Shown: positions 9,474 to 17,514, numbered from the stretch's first letter. The stretch is 64,000 nt of DNA from Rhodospirillales bacterium (GCA_016794025.1 JAEUKX010000069.1:3980-67979); one strand, 5' to 3'. Notes: generated by a model not told the origin, from the letters alone. A program made the numbers and translations.

Positions 9474-9918
9474 TCTGTTCATTGTTTGAACTGGTCTTGG
9501 TGGTTGTGGCAACGGGGCGAGGAGCGAAGCCCCGTTGCATCGCGAGGAGGCTTGCTGCAGCGAAGGCCGCCGGCGTCTGGTTGCCGATCGCGCTGTGCGG
9601 CCGTGTGGTGTTTTAGCCGATCCGCCAGGCCTCGATCTTCTCGATGGCGTCAGCAAGGGAGCCGAATAGACAGTCGTTCAGGCACTGGTCGCGCAGTTTG
9701 CTGTTGATGCTTTCGATGAATGCGGGCTGCGTCGACTTGCCGGGCGCGATGTAGTGCCAGTTGATGCCTGTCTCCATCGTCCACTGCAACACGACCGGAC
9801 TGGTCATCTCACCGCTGTTGTCGCTGTCGATCGACAGCGGCTCGCCGCGTCGTTCGATGATCCTGTCGAGCTCGACCACCAGACGCCGCCCGGTGATCGA
9901 CGTGTCCGACACTGTCAT
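9474..9918 (-). pseudogene. IS3-family transposase OrfB C-terminal remnant
   Basis: Reads [10 protein letters not shown]...YIAPGK...[15 protein letters not shown]...AWRIG*NTTRPHSAIG, with a TAA where the YN..RPH motif has Tyr. The N-terminal half is missing. Left coordinate approximate. Confidence 0.8.
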
Positions 9919-9927
9919 CGTTCTGTA

Positions 9928-10059
9928 CTAGGTTTTCAAATTGTAGAGGGTCGCCTCGCCGATCCCGTGCCGCCGACATAGCTCCCCGGCCTTCCCGCCG
10001 GCCGCGTGCGGCTTCAGGATCTCGATGATCTTCTCTTCTGTGAACCGGCTCTTCTTCAT
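9928..10059 (-). pseudogene. IS3-family transposase OrfA, truncated (43 aa)
   Basis: MKKSRFTEEKIIEILKPHAAGGKAGELCRRHGIGEATLYNLKT* is an IS407-like HTH start; AGGAG RBS upstream. Confidence 0.8.
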
Positions 10060-10368
10060 CGTCCGCTCCTCTCTTCCGGCGGACCCTACACTTCTCACCG
10101 GGGGGAATTCAGGGCATCAGGCAAGATCCCCTGAGCCGAATAGCTGCCGCTGTAGGCGCGTTCCGCGGCAGCAGTCTAATTCCCGGCACTTCCATCTCGG
10201 CTCGCCGAATGCCGTTCCCAACTTCCCTCAGTGGGAAAATCAGTGGGAACACCCGGCGACAACCTGCAACACGGAGCGACACGAGGCGCGTAAAACTTCA
10301 ATAAATCCAGCATCGCCGTGCCCAACCATCGGCTTCCTAAACTGCGGGTCGGATAAACGAGTGTGGCG

Positions 10369-10752
10369 CTAAGAAGTAAATATGTCGCTGAACATGCCAA
10401 AACGTTTGTCGCCGGATCCATCATATTGCTTAGTTGCGGGCTCGGACTTGGAATTCGAGGTCGATTTCGAATCGCACTGCTCATTGTCAGCCGAATTCAC
10501 GCACACGTACGGCTCATGCGGAAGTGCCGGTCCTGGAGCCAGGGTGGATACCGCATTTGCAATTTGAGGATTCCTTGTAGGCTCGCGCAGTATCTCTAAT
10601 ACGGCCTCCAGTAGATTCCTTTCGCCGTGAGAGCCCCAGCCGAGCCTAAGCTCGATGCGACCCACCTGTTTGTTGCGAATTCTGTGGCGGCGCATGGCAT
10701 CACGATGCTTTGCGGCCTGCGGGTTCTTGCCCGTCTTCATTTCAAGCCTCAC
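10369..10752 (-). CDS. Hypothetical protein with basic N-terminus (possibly DNA-binding)
   Basis: 127-aa ORF starting 2 bp after the relaxase stop on the same strand. KHRDAMRRHRIRNKQVGRIELRL basic segment; no family recognised. Confidence 0.4.
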   Translation of the reverse strand: MRLEMKTGKNPQAAKHRDAMRRHRIRNKQVGRIELRLGWGSHGERNLLEAVLEILREPTRNPQIANAVSTLAPGPALPHEPYVCVNSADNEQCDSKSTSNSKSEPATKQYDGSGDKRFGMFSDIFTS

Positions 10753-10754
10753 TT

Positions 10755-12077
10755 CTAATCCGGCTTGATCGAGTAGTGAACCGCAGCGCTCTCTAGATCT
10801 TCCGCATCAGGGCCATGTTCCATTACCGGGTCTTTGACGCAAAGGAACGTATCGAGAGCGAGCGCAGTCTTTTCCAGCGCCTCGATCGTGGACCGAGCGA
10901 CTGCGAATGACTGTGCCTCGGCAGGGCTTTGGGCCTGACGATTCCGGTCCCGGATCTTTATTAATCCTCTTATCGATAGCTTAATGCTTTCGAGCGTTGT
11001 CTGGGCCGTTGGTAGAACATCCTTTGCTGCTTGCCGAAAGGCCGCCTCTGCCTTTTTCGCCATCTGCCGGGCAGCGACCGCGTCTCGTTCACTAGACCGG
11101 GTTCGCTCAAGGGCCAAAGCAAGGTTCTCTTCGCTTATCTGAATGGCTAACTCGCGCCGTTGGAAGTCGGCCTTTTGTGCCTCGATCGCAGCAATCCGAA
11201 TATTGATCTCGCTTTGGGCGCCATCGATCTCGCGCTGCAGGATAGCGAGCTCCACTTCCTTTTGCGTCAACTGGGCCTGCTTCCTGTCAGCAACTTGACG
11301 GGTCTTGGCGAGCAGTTTGTTTTGATAGGCGAGCTCCCGTTTCTGACCCACGAACAGGCTGCGGGCCACCCGCGGTCGCTTCTCTTTGTGTCGGGCGTGT
11401 CCGTGCTTTTGCGACACAGCAATGTAGAAGACATCCTGCAGGCTCTCAGTGCCTTGCCTGTAGGCCGCATCTTCTTTCACCTTTCCCAGGTTTGCCCTGC
11501 GTGCCTCAAGCTTGGGCTGCCAACCGTCGTGGACCTCGCGCGCAGCAAATGTAGGAGATCCAACCGGTAGAACGTAGAAGTGGAGGTGTGGGTAAGGTTC
11601 GTCCACATGCTCGACCACTGACGCCAGCTCACCGCCGGCCTTCGCGTAATGCTCGACCAAGAACGCCACGACATCCTTCTTCCATTCGGAAAGATTGGCG
11701 GCCGCTGTCGGATCATCGCGGATAGTCTTCCAGTCGACTGGGTAACCGGCGACGCCAGAAATCATAACGTGCTGGTCCTTCCGGATGCGCCGGACCTTTC
11801 CTCCTTTCGCAGCCGTTTCCAGGAGCTTCACCCTCCGTTTCGCGACTTCCTTTGTGATCCGCTCGATGACCTTCGTTGGAGTTACTCCGTAAATAAGGAT
11901 CGGGGCTTCAGGTTGGTTGATATGTGGGATCGCTTCTGGACGACGCTCAGCCTCGTTACGAATGTCCCGCGCATTCCACCCTTTGCGACCTGTGCCGCGT
12001 CGTTTGCTTTTTCCTGACAACGTGCTCCGCTCAAGGGGGTGCGTCTCTGATCGGATGAACTGTGCCAAATCAGCCAT
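10755..12077 (-). CDS. MOBV (Mob/Pre) family relaxase / plasmid recombination enzyme
   Basis: VEHVDEPYPHLHFY matches the HxDExxPHxH motif; NEAERRPEAIPHI segment; coiled-coil C-terminus. Start chosen at MADLAQFIR with AAAGGA RBS (ORF track starts at 12110). Confidence 0.8.
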   Translation of the reverse strand: MADLAQFIRSETHPLERSTLSGKSKRRGTGRKGWNARDIRNEAERRPEAIPHINQPEAPILIYGVTPTKVIERITKEVAKRRVKLLETAAKGGKVRRIRKDQHVMISGVAGYPVDWKTIRDDPTAAANLSEWKKDVVAFLVEHYAKAGGELASVVEHVDEPYPHLHFYVLPVGSPTFAAREVHDGWQPKLEARRANLGKVKEDAAYRQGTESLQDVFYIAVSQKHGHARHKEKRPRVARSLFVGQKRELAYQNKLLAKTRQVADRKQAQLTQKEVELAILQREIDGAQSEINIRIAAIEAQKADFQRRELAIQISEENLALALERTRSSERDAVAARQMAKKAEAAFRQAAKDVLPTAQTTLESIKLSIRGLIKIRDRNRQAQSPAEAQSFAVARSTIEALEKTALALDTFLCVKDPVMEHGPDAEDLESAAVHYSIKPD

Positions 12078-12200
12078 TTTCGGATCCTTTGGAGAAATCC
12101 ACATAACCATTTGTAAAAATTACGAAATTTGTTATCTTCCCTTTCTTCAACCGAATAAGAGTTCTGACGCACATCCCTTTTGATTCTTGAACAAACGCCT

Positions 12201-12299
12201 TGATCACGCGTGACCACGTCGTCGTAGCTCGCGAACGCATCACGCGTGATTTCGCTTTCCTTGACGCCAGCCGTAATGCGCCGCAGTCACGCGTGATCA
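12201..12299. repeat. Three copies of the palindrome TCACGCGTGA, outer pair forming a 14-bp inverted repeat; candidate oriT/regulatory region
   Basis: Copies at 12204-12213, 12240-12249 and 12287-12296. TGATCACGCGTGAC (12201-12214) is the reverse complement of 12286-12299. Located upstream of the relaxase. Confidence 0.6.
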
Positions 12300-12628
12300 T
12301 CGATTGAGTCGATTGCAAACCTGGCGATCTGATCAGCTCGCGGATGGCCGCAATTGTGTGCGCTTTTGACTGCATCCGAGAATTGTCGGAGCTGAATTCC
12401 GGAACGACAAGCGCGAGCTTCGATAGAAAATGTCAACATTGCAAACATGCAACACTTTGCTATCGGGTTACAGGTTTTGTCGGTGCTGCTGGCAATGGAC
12501 GCCGCAGAATACTCCAACACTTTCGTCTAACCGGCACCAGCCATTGGGCACGCTGTGATACCAACGAATTCGCCACCCCAATTCACGACACATGCGTTCG
12601 TTCCGGAATGCTCCGCTACAATGCAGGC

Positions 12629-13030
12629 ATGGATCGGCAGCACTGCATCTCCAGAGTTGATTGCGGACTGGCCTCTGGCTTGTCGGATCAACTCGACCAT
12701 GCTGACGAGTTTGCCAACGCACTGTCGATCGAGGATTTAGCCGCGCGCTGGCACTGTAGCCTTAAGACGGCACGGGCAAGGATTGTTGCGAATGGTCTGG
12801 GCATCAACCCTGCTGGAACTTGGTTGATCTCTTGGCAGCGGGTCCGCGGATATGAGGAATCCCTTCGTGTAGGGGCAATCGCAAATCCAAAAGCTAACGC
12901 CATTTCAACGGCGGATGAAGTCCGCGACCACGTCAAGACCGAGCTTGTAAAGCTTGGCATCTTGCGTTCGCGTCGGTTTGCGCCAAATAAGGAAGCATGG
13001 GTCAGTCGACCCTATCGGAAAGCAGGATAG
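12629..13030 (+). CDS. Excisionase/recombination-directionality-factor-like HTH protein
   Basis: LSIEDLAARWHCSLKTARARI resembles the winged-HTH of Xis/MerR-like proteins. Ends 4 bp before the integrase ATG. Start uncertain (ORF track 12344). Confidence 0.55.
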   Translation: MDRQHCISRVDCGLASGLSDQLDHADEFANALSIEDLAARWHCSLKTARARIVANGLGINPAGTWLISWQRVRGYEESLRVGAIANPKANAISTADEVRDHVKTELVKLGILRSRRFAPNKEAWVSRPYRKAG

Positions 13031-13034
13031 GCCC

Positions 13035-14501
13035 ATGCGAGGGAAGTCGATCTGGTACGACCGGTCGCGGAATCATTGGCGGATCGAATTCCAGTTCCGA
13101 AGGAAGCGCTACACCGCTTTCGCGAAGAATCCGGATGGGACGTTCGCACTCAATGAGTTCGAGGCTGCGCGAGCGGCGGCTCGCCTTAAGGATCAAATCC
13201 AGTTCGGGCCGCATCAGCAAGCGGGCGGTGTGCCACGCGCGGTCGCCCGTATGGCGGGAGTATCTGTTTCGGTAGTTGGAACTGAACCAGATCCCCAGTC
13301 GGTCGTCAGTGGCGCCGTATCGAGAGCGTCAACCTATACCCTTGGTCAGGTCGTATTGGTGTACGGCGCTGCAAGCGAGGGCCACAAATCGTGGCCCACC
13401 ATTCGGGGCTACCTTACGGCGATCATCGAGTTTTATGGCGATGACTTTCCGATCAACCAGGTTGATGAGGTCAAGATCGCCGAATTCCGGCAGTGGCTCG
13501 CAAAGACCCCTGTCTTGACCTACCGGGGTGGCCCTGGTGCCATCGAGGAGTCCCGCCGTGCACCGGAAACGCTGTATGGTGAACGAACTGGCGCTCGATC
13601 GTCGCGTAGCCCCAGCACGATCCGAAAATACCTTAAAGCTCTCCGGAGCGTGCTCCTGACGGCGCATCGCAAGCAGGACGAGAGCGATCCGCTTGGCCGC
13701 CCGCTGTTGCGCGTCATGCCGACGTTTAGGGGCCTCCAGGATCCCGTGGGGACGCCACGACCCTTTCCGGTTAGCCGTCTTCAGGATGTGCTCGCGGTGC
13801 TGCCGCCGCATACCCGAGCGGTGGTCCTCGGCGCTGTGTTTACGGGCTGGCGACGTGGCCAGGTCTGCGCTGCGCAGGTTTCGTGGCTGGATGACGAACG
13901 TCGTGCCCTCCGCCACGACGCCAACAACAAGGGAGGGCGAGAGGGTTGGACGCCGCTGAGCGATGAGGGCTACGCGTTCTTTGTCGCTCTACGCGAGCAG
14001 GCGCGAGCGGTCGGCTCCAGCCACTTCATCAACTATTTCGATAAGACCCTGCGTTCGTGGCGGCCGGTTGGCACGGTTGCGGGCTCGTGGCTGCGCGGGC
14101 TGGATCGGGTTGGCTTGGGAGGGCAGTACCGCTTCCATGATCTGAAATCGATGGTCTTGTCGGCGATGGCCAAGGAGCGGATCGATCCGCGGACGCTCCA
14201 ATCAATTGCGCAGCATGCTGACATCGAGACGACGATGAAGCATTACATCGAGTCCGACATTGAGATGTCGCGGGAGGGGCAGGACATTGTTGTGCGGCGC
14301 CTGAACGCCACCGGTCTCGACCTCTCCGCCGAGATCGCGAAGGCAGCGCCGACGGGTGTGGACATACCGAAGTCCCACGCAAAGTCCCACGCAGCGCCGG
14401 AAGCGAAATCCGGCACCAACGCGAAAACGTCACCTAAGGTATTGAAAGACTTGGCGCACCCGGCGCGACTCGAACGCGCGACCTTCAGCTTCGGAGGCTG
14501 A
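13035..14501 (+). CDS. Tyrosine recombinase/integrase
   Basis: N-terminal arm-binding-like beta segment (IWYDRSRNHWRIEF); FTGWRRGQV (Arg I), NNK, RFHDLK (HxxK in place of HxxR), AQHADIETTMKHY (His/Tyr). The C-terminus reads antisense into the tRNA. Confidence 0.9.
   Translation: MRGKSIWYDRSRNHWRIEFQFRRKRYTAFAKNPDGTFALNEFEAARAAARLKDQIQFGPHQQAGGVPRAVARMAGVSVSVVGTEPDPQSVVSGAVSRASTYTLGQVVLVYGAASEGHKSWPTIRGYLTAIIEFYGDDFPINQVDEVKIAEFRQWLAKTPVLTYRGGPGAIEESRRAPETLYGERTGARSSRSPSTIRKYLKALRSVLLTAHRKQDESDPLGRPLLRVMPTFRGLQDPVGTPRPFPVSRLQDVLAVLPPHTRAVVLGAVFTGWRRGQVCAAQVSWLDDERRALRHDANNKGGREGWTPLSDEGYAFFVALREQARAVGSSHFINYFDKTLRSWRPVGTVAGSWLRGLDRVGLGGQYRFHDLKSMVLSAMAKERIDPRTLQSIAQHADIETTMKHYIESDIEMSREGQDIVVRRLNATGLDLSAEIAKAAPTGVDIPKSHAKSHAAPEAKSGTNAKTSPKVLKDLAHPARLERATFSFGG
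14370..14393 (+). repeat. Perfect tandem 12-bp repeat AAGTCCCACGCA x2, candidate integrase arm-type sites
   Basis: Read directly at 14370-14381 and 14382-14393, about 60 bp from the tRNA 3' end. Confidence 0.55.
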
Positions 14502-14528
14502 CACTCTATCCAACTGAGCTACGGGTGC
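14452..14528 (-). tRNA. tRNA-Arg (anticodon CCG)
   Basis: The reverse complement GCACCCGTAGCTCAGTTGGATAGAGTGTCAGCCTCCGAAGCTGAAGGTCGCGCGTTCGAGTCGCGCCGGGTGCGCCA folds as a cloverleaf with anticodon loop CT-CCG-AA and an encoded CCA. Confidence 0.96.
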
Positions 14529-14541
14529 CCAAGGCGGGGGG

Positions 14542-14570
14542 AACCTAGCCGAAAGCCTCCGGCGACGCAA
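14542..14570 (-). promoter_or_regulatory. Sigma70-type promoter of tRNA-Arg (TTGCGT-N17-TAGGTT)
   Basis: Hexamers at 14570-14565 and 14547-14542 with a 17-bp spacer, 13 bp upstream of the tRNA. Confidence 0.55.
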
Positions 14571-14688
14571 TTGCGCCGGCATGCGTGCCGGAGCCGACTT
14601 GGGAATTCCACCTGCGCAAGCCGCAGACTAGATTGCGGCGGGTACCTGTGCCGCCGCCCCGATGCGACAGGAAGGATCGTATGCGCGC

Positions 14689-15828
14689 ATGACCGGAAAC
14701 AACGGATCCGGAACCCTGCCTGTCGGCCGGCGGCTTGCCTTGTGGCTGCTCATGCTTGCCGTGCCGCTTGTCGTTGCGCCACTCGTCCTGGTGCAGGCCT
14801 GGTACCTGTACGGCTATCTGGGCTTCCAGGGTGGATATTGCGGCCCGTTCGGGAAGCTGGACCCGGAGATCGGATGGGTGCTCGCGCCCGACACGCAGAG
14901 CTGCATCATCGGGAAGGATGGCCCCTTCGGACAGATCGCCTTCCGGGGCGAGGTCTCGATCGACGATCGCGGCGCGCGTGTTCCGGCCGACTCGTTTCGG
15001 CGAGGCGGCCATACGGTGAAACCGCTTCAGGTCATCGTCATGGGCGACTCGTGGCCCTTCGGATATGGCATCGACGGCAAAGATACCTTTGCCAGCCGCC
15101 TGACGCGCGATCACGGCTACGAGACCGCCCTGTTCGCGAGTCCGGCCTATTCGAATGCGCAGGCGTTGATGTTGGCCGACAGGATGGCGGCAAAGCATCA
15201 CCCCGAGGCGTTCGTCTTTCTGATCGCCGGACTGGAGCGCGCGATCTGCATCGGGGCGACCGAACCGGAATGGATCCTGAAGCCATGCTACTGGACCGCG
15301 CCCGGCGGCAAGGCGCGGCTGGTTGTACCGCCGCCGGGTCTCGTCGAAGCTGCCGCAAAATTCGGACTCCGGCCAGGCGGCATGCTGGGTGCGGGGGAAA
15401 TGACGCCGGGCTATTTCCTGATCAGCCGTCCGGTGTCCAAGGCAAACGCGATGCTCGTGAAGCTCGGCGTCATCAGCGGCACGCCCGACGACTTCTATGG
15501 TGTGGCTCCGGCCGATGAGACCGAAGCGATCCGCCGCGCCAGTTTTGCGGATCTGCGCAGGCTCGTCGCACGACACCACGCGAAGATGATCCTGCTCGAT
15601 CCCGGCGGCATCTATGGCGGGTTGACGGAAGACGCCGTCGCGTCCGGCGAGATGATCTATGTCGGCAACAAGCAGTGGCGTGAGGAGATTTCGCTGCCAA
15701 GCGACGCGCTGCCGGCGAACGAGCGGGCGGTCCCGTATGACGGACACTATGGCCCGGGCGTTCACGCGATGATTGCCGGGATGGTCAGCGCAAAGCTGAA
15801 AGCGGTCGGTCTCAAGCCGTCCAATTGA
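14689..15828 (+). CDS. Membrane-anchored SGNH/GDSL-like hydrolase/acyltransferase
   Basis: N-terminal TM helix; VIVMGDSWPFGYG (block I GDS) and C-terminal YDGHY (DxH). Start may be 14662. Confidence 0.65.
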   Translation: MTGNNGSGTLPVGRRLALWLLMLAVPLVVAPLVLVQAWYLYGYLGFQGGYCGPFGKLDPEIGWVLAPDTQSCIIGKDGPFGQIAFRGEVSIDDRGARVPADSFRRGGHTVKPLQVIVMGDSWPFGYGIDGKDTFASRLTRDHGYETALFASPAYSNAQALMLADRMAAKHHPEAFVFLIAGLERAICIGATEPEWILKPCYWTAPGGKARLVVPPPGLVEAAAKFGLRPGGMLGAGEMTPGYFLISRPVSKANAMLVKLGVISGTPDDFYGVAPADETEAIRRASFADLRRLVARHHAKMILLDPGGIYGGLTEDAVASGEMIYVGNKQWREEISLPSDALPANERAVPYDGHYGPGVHAMIAGMVSAKLKAVGLKPSN

Positions 15829-15853
15829 CCCGGCAAAATGCGGGGCGCCGACG

Positions 15854-16273
15854 TCAGCCGCCGGCCGGGGGCGCAGGGACGGCGCAATCGGCAAGCGATG
15901 TCGCGTCGAGTTCACGCATGAACGCCTCGCGCGCCGCCGCAAGCCGCGACTTGAGCCGGCAGCGTGGTGTCAGCGTGCATTCGCCGCCGTCGGTGCGGAA
16001 GCATTCCACCAGCGCGTGGCGCTGCTCGAGCGTCCGCACGACCTGCCCGAGGGTGATCGCCCTTGCCGGCCGCGCGAGGCGAAAGCCTCCGCCGGCGCCG
16101 CGCTGGGTCTCCACGAAGCCCGCTTCGGCCAGATCGCGAATGACCTTTGTCAGATGATTGCGGGAAATCCCGAATTCCGCGGCGATCTCGTTCGTCGAGA
16201 AGGACCTGTCCGGTTCGCCGGCCAGCCGCATCAAGGCGCGAAGGCCGAAATCCGTGAACATCGTCAGGCGCAT
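15854..16273 (-). CDS. nsrR: Rrf2 family Fe-S transcriptional regulator, NsrR-like
   Basis: MRLTMFTDFGLRALM start, QRGAGGGFRLARP wing, three Cys (CFRTDGGECTLTPRC); divergent from globin and ric genes. Confidence 0.8.
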   Translation of the reverse strand: MRLTMFTDFGLRALMRLAGEPDRSFSTNEIAAEFGISRNHLTKVIRDLAEAGFVETQRGAGGGFRLARPARAITLGQVVRTLEQRHALVECFRTDGGECTLTPRCRLKSRLAAAREAFMRELDATSLADCAVPAPPAGG

Positions 16274-16286
16274 GCCGGGCTCCCGT

Positions 16287-16343
16287 AATAGGCATTGACA
16301 ATACGTATTCAACTTGATTGAATGCGCATATTAAATACCTATT
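16287..16343. promoter_or_regulatory. Two 11-1-11 inverted-repeat operators (NsrR-type) in the divergent promoter
   Basis: AATAGGCATTG-A-CAATACGTATT (16287-16309) and AATGCGCATAT-T-AAATACCTATT (16321-16343). TTGACA lies inside the first box. Confidence 0.65.
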
Positions 16344-16358
16344 ACGTCGGAGACAAGT

Positions 16359-16820
16359 GTGGAGACCGCCGAACGCCGCGCGCAGCTTACCGCCGAAATC
16401 GCCGCGCGCACGGGCATCGACACCGCGATGATCGAGCGACTGGTGCGCACATTTTACGAACGCGTCCGGGCAGACGCGATGCTCGGGCCCGTCTTCGCGG
16501 CACGTATCGCCGACTGGGAACCGCATCTCGCCCGCATGTGCGCGTTCTGGGAGTCGGTCGCCCTGATGAGCGGCACCTACCACGGCAGCCCGATGGCCCG
16601 GCACCTGCCGCTGCCCATCGATGCGCGCCACTTCGACCGCTGGCTCACCCTCTTCGAGAAGACGGCCGACGATCTGTGCCCGCCTGCCGCTGCCGCGCAC
16701 TTCGTCGAGCGCGCGCGGCGCATTGCCGCAAGCCTGGAGCTGGGCATCGCCGCGCGCAACGGCGCGATGCCCGGCCCCGGTGCCCGATATGTCGATCCCG
16801 GGATCGAAGTTCCCGCCTGA
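16359..16820 (+). CDS. Group III truncated hemoglobin
   Basis: LVRTFYERVRADAMLGPVF, WEPHLARMCAFW, YHGSPMARH and HFDRWLTLF motifs. Confidence 0.88.
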   Translation: METAERRAQLTAEIAARTGIDTAMIERLVRTFYERVRADAMLGPVFAARIADWEPHLARMCAFWESVALMSGTYHGSPMARHLPLPIDARHFDRWLTLFEKTADDLCPPAAAAHFVERARRIAASLELGIAARNGAMPGPGARYVDPGIEVPA

Positions 16821-16830
16821 GGAGACGGAA

Positions 16831-17514
16831 ATGGAACTGCAGACCAACGAAGCGAATCTCCGCGAGCAGACAGTCGGCGCGATCGCCGCCCGCTTGCCCG
16901 GCGCCACGGCCGTCTTCCGCCGCCACAAGCTCGATTTCTGCTGCGGCGGCGAGAAGCCGCTCGGCGCCGCGGCCGGCGCGCGCGGCGCCGATGTCGCCGC
17001 GATCGTGCGCGAACTTGCCGCGCTGGGCGAGTCGTCCGTCATGCCCGATGTGAACCGCGAGACCGGCGCTCTCATCGACCATATTCTTGCGCGATTTCAT
17101 GAGACGCACCGGCGCGAACTGCCCGAACTTGTCCGGCTGGCCCGCAAGGTCGAATCCGTGCATGCCGACCATCCGCAGGTGCCGGGCGGCCTCGCCGCAC
17201 TGCTCCAGGCGATGCAGGCGGATCTCGAATCCCACATGGTCAAGGAGGAGACGGTGCTCTTCCCCATGATGCGCCGTATGCCGGGCGGCCGCTTCGATCC
17301 GCCGATCGTGTGCATGCGCGGCGAGCACGACGAGCATGGCCGCACGCTCGACCGTCTGCGCGCGCTGGCGCACGACTTCGCGCCGCCCGAGGGGGCGTGC
17401 CGCTCGTGGCAGGCCCTCTATGCCGGCCTCGCCAAGCTCGCCGACGACCTGATGAACCATATCCATCTCGAGAACAACGTCCTGTTTCCCCGCTTTTCGG
17501 GCGCCGGCGAATGA
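16831..17514 (+). CDS. ric: Iron-sulfur cluster repair di-iron protein (Ric/YtfE)
   Basis: DFCCGG (ScdA N-terminal), HETHRRELP, HMVKEETVLFP, EHDEH and HIHLENNVLFP hemerythrin-like ligands; GGAG RBS. Confidence 0.92.
   Translation: MELQTNEANLREQTVGAIAARLPGATAVFRRHKLDFCCGGEKPLGAAAGARGADVAAIVRELAALGESSVMPDVNRETGALIDHILARFHETHRRELPELVRLARKVESVHADHPQVPGGLAALLQAMQADLESHMVKEETVLFPMMRRMPGGRFDPPIVCMRGEHDEHGRTLDRLRALAHDFAPPEGACRSWQALYAGLAKLADDLMNHIHLENNVLFPRFSGAGE

Larger units (their letters stand above)
9436..10123 (-). mobile_element. Internally deleted IS3-family (IS407-like) insertion sequence
   Basis: Imperfect terminal inverted repeats: TGGCCTGAGCCCCTGAACTCACCCGG at 9436 and the reverse complement of CCGGGGGGAATTCAGGGCATCAGGCA ending at 10123. 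TG...CA ends; orfA and orfB remnants inside; no target-site duplication seen. Confidence 0.82.
10124..14501. mobile_element. Small integrative mobilizable element at tRNA-Arg(CCG): relaxase + excisionase-like protein + tyrosine integrase
   Basis: Gene content and integrase reading into the tRNA 3' end. The left boundary is not defined, because no duplicated tRNA 3' core was found in the window. Confidence 0.7.

Noticed and set aside
10250-10258. CACCCGGCG shared with the tRNA-Arg 3' end (14457-14465) as the second att core
   Set aside because: Only 9 bp, GC-rich and expected by chance; it lacks the TGGCG end and the T-loop.
13245-13285. VARMAGVSVSVV in the integrase resembles a LacI-type helix-turn-helix
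   Set aside because: Only about 10 residues match; the flanking T/I.DV and SRVLN parts are missing. Likely coincidence in a linker.
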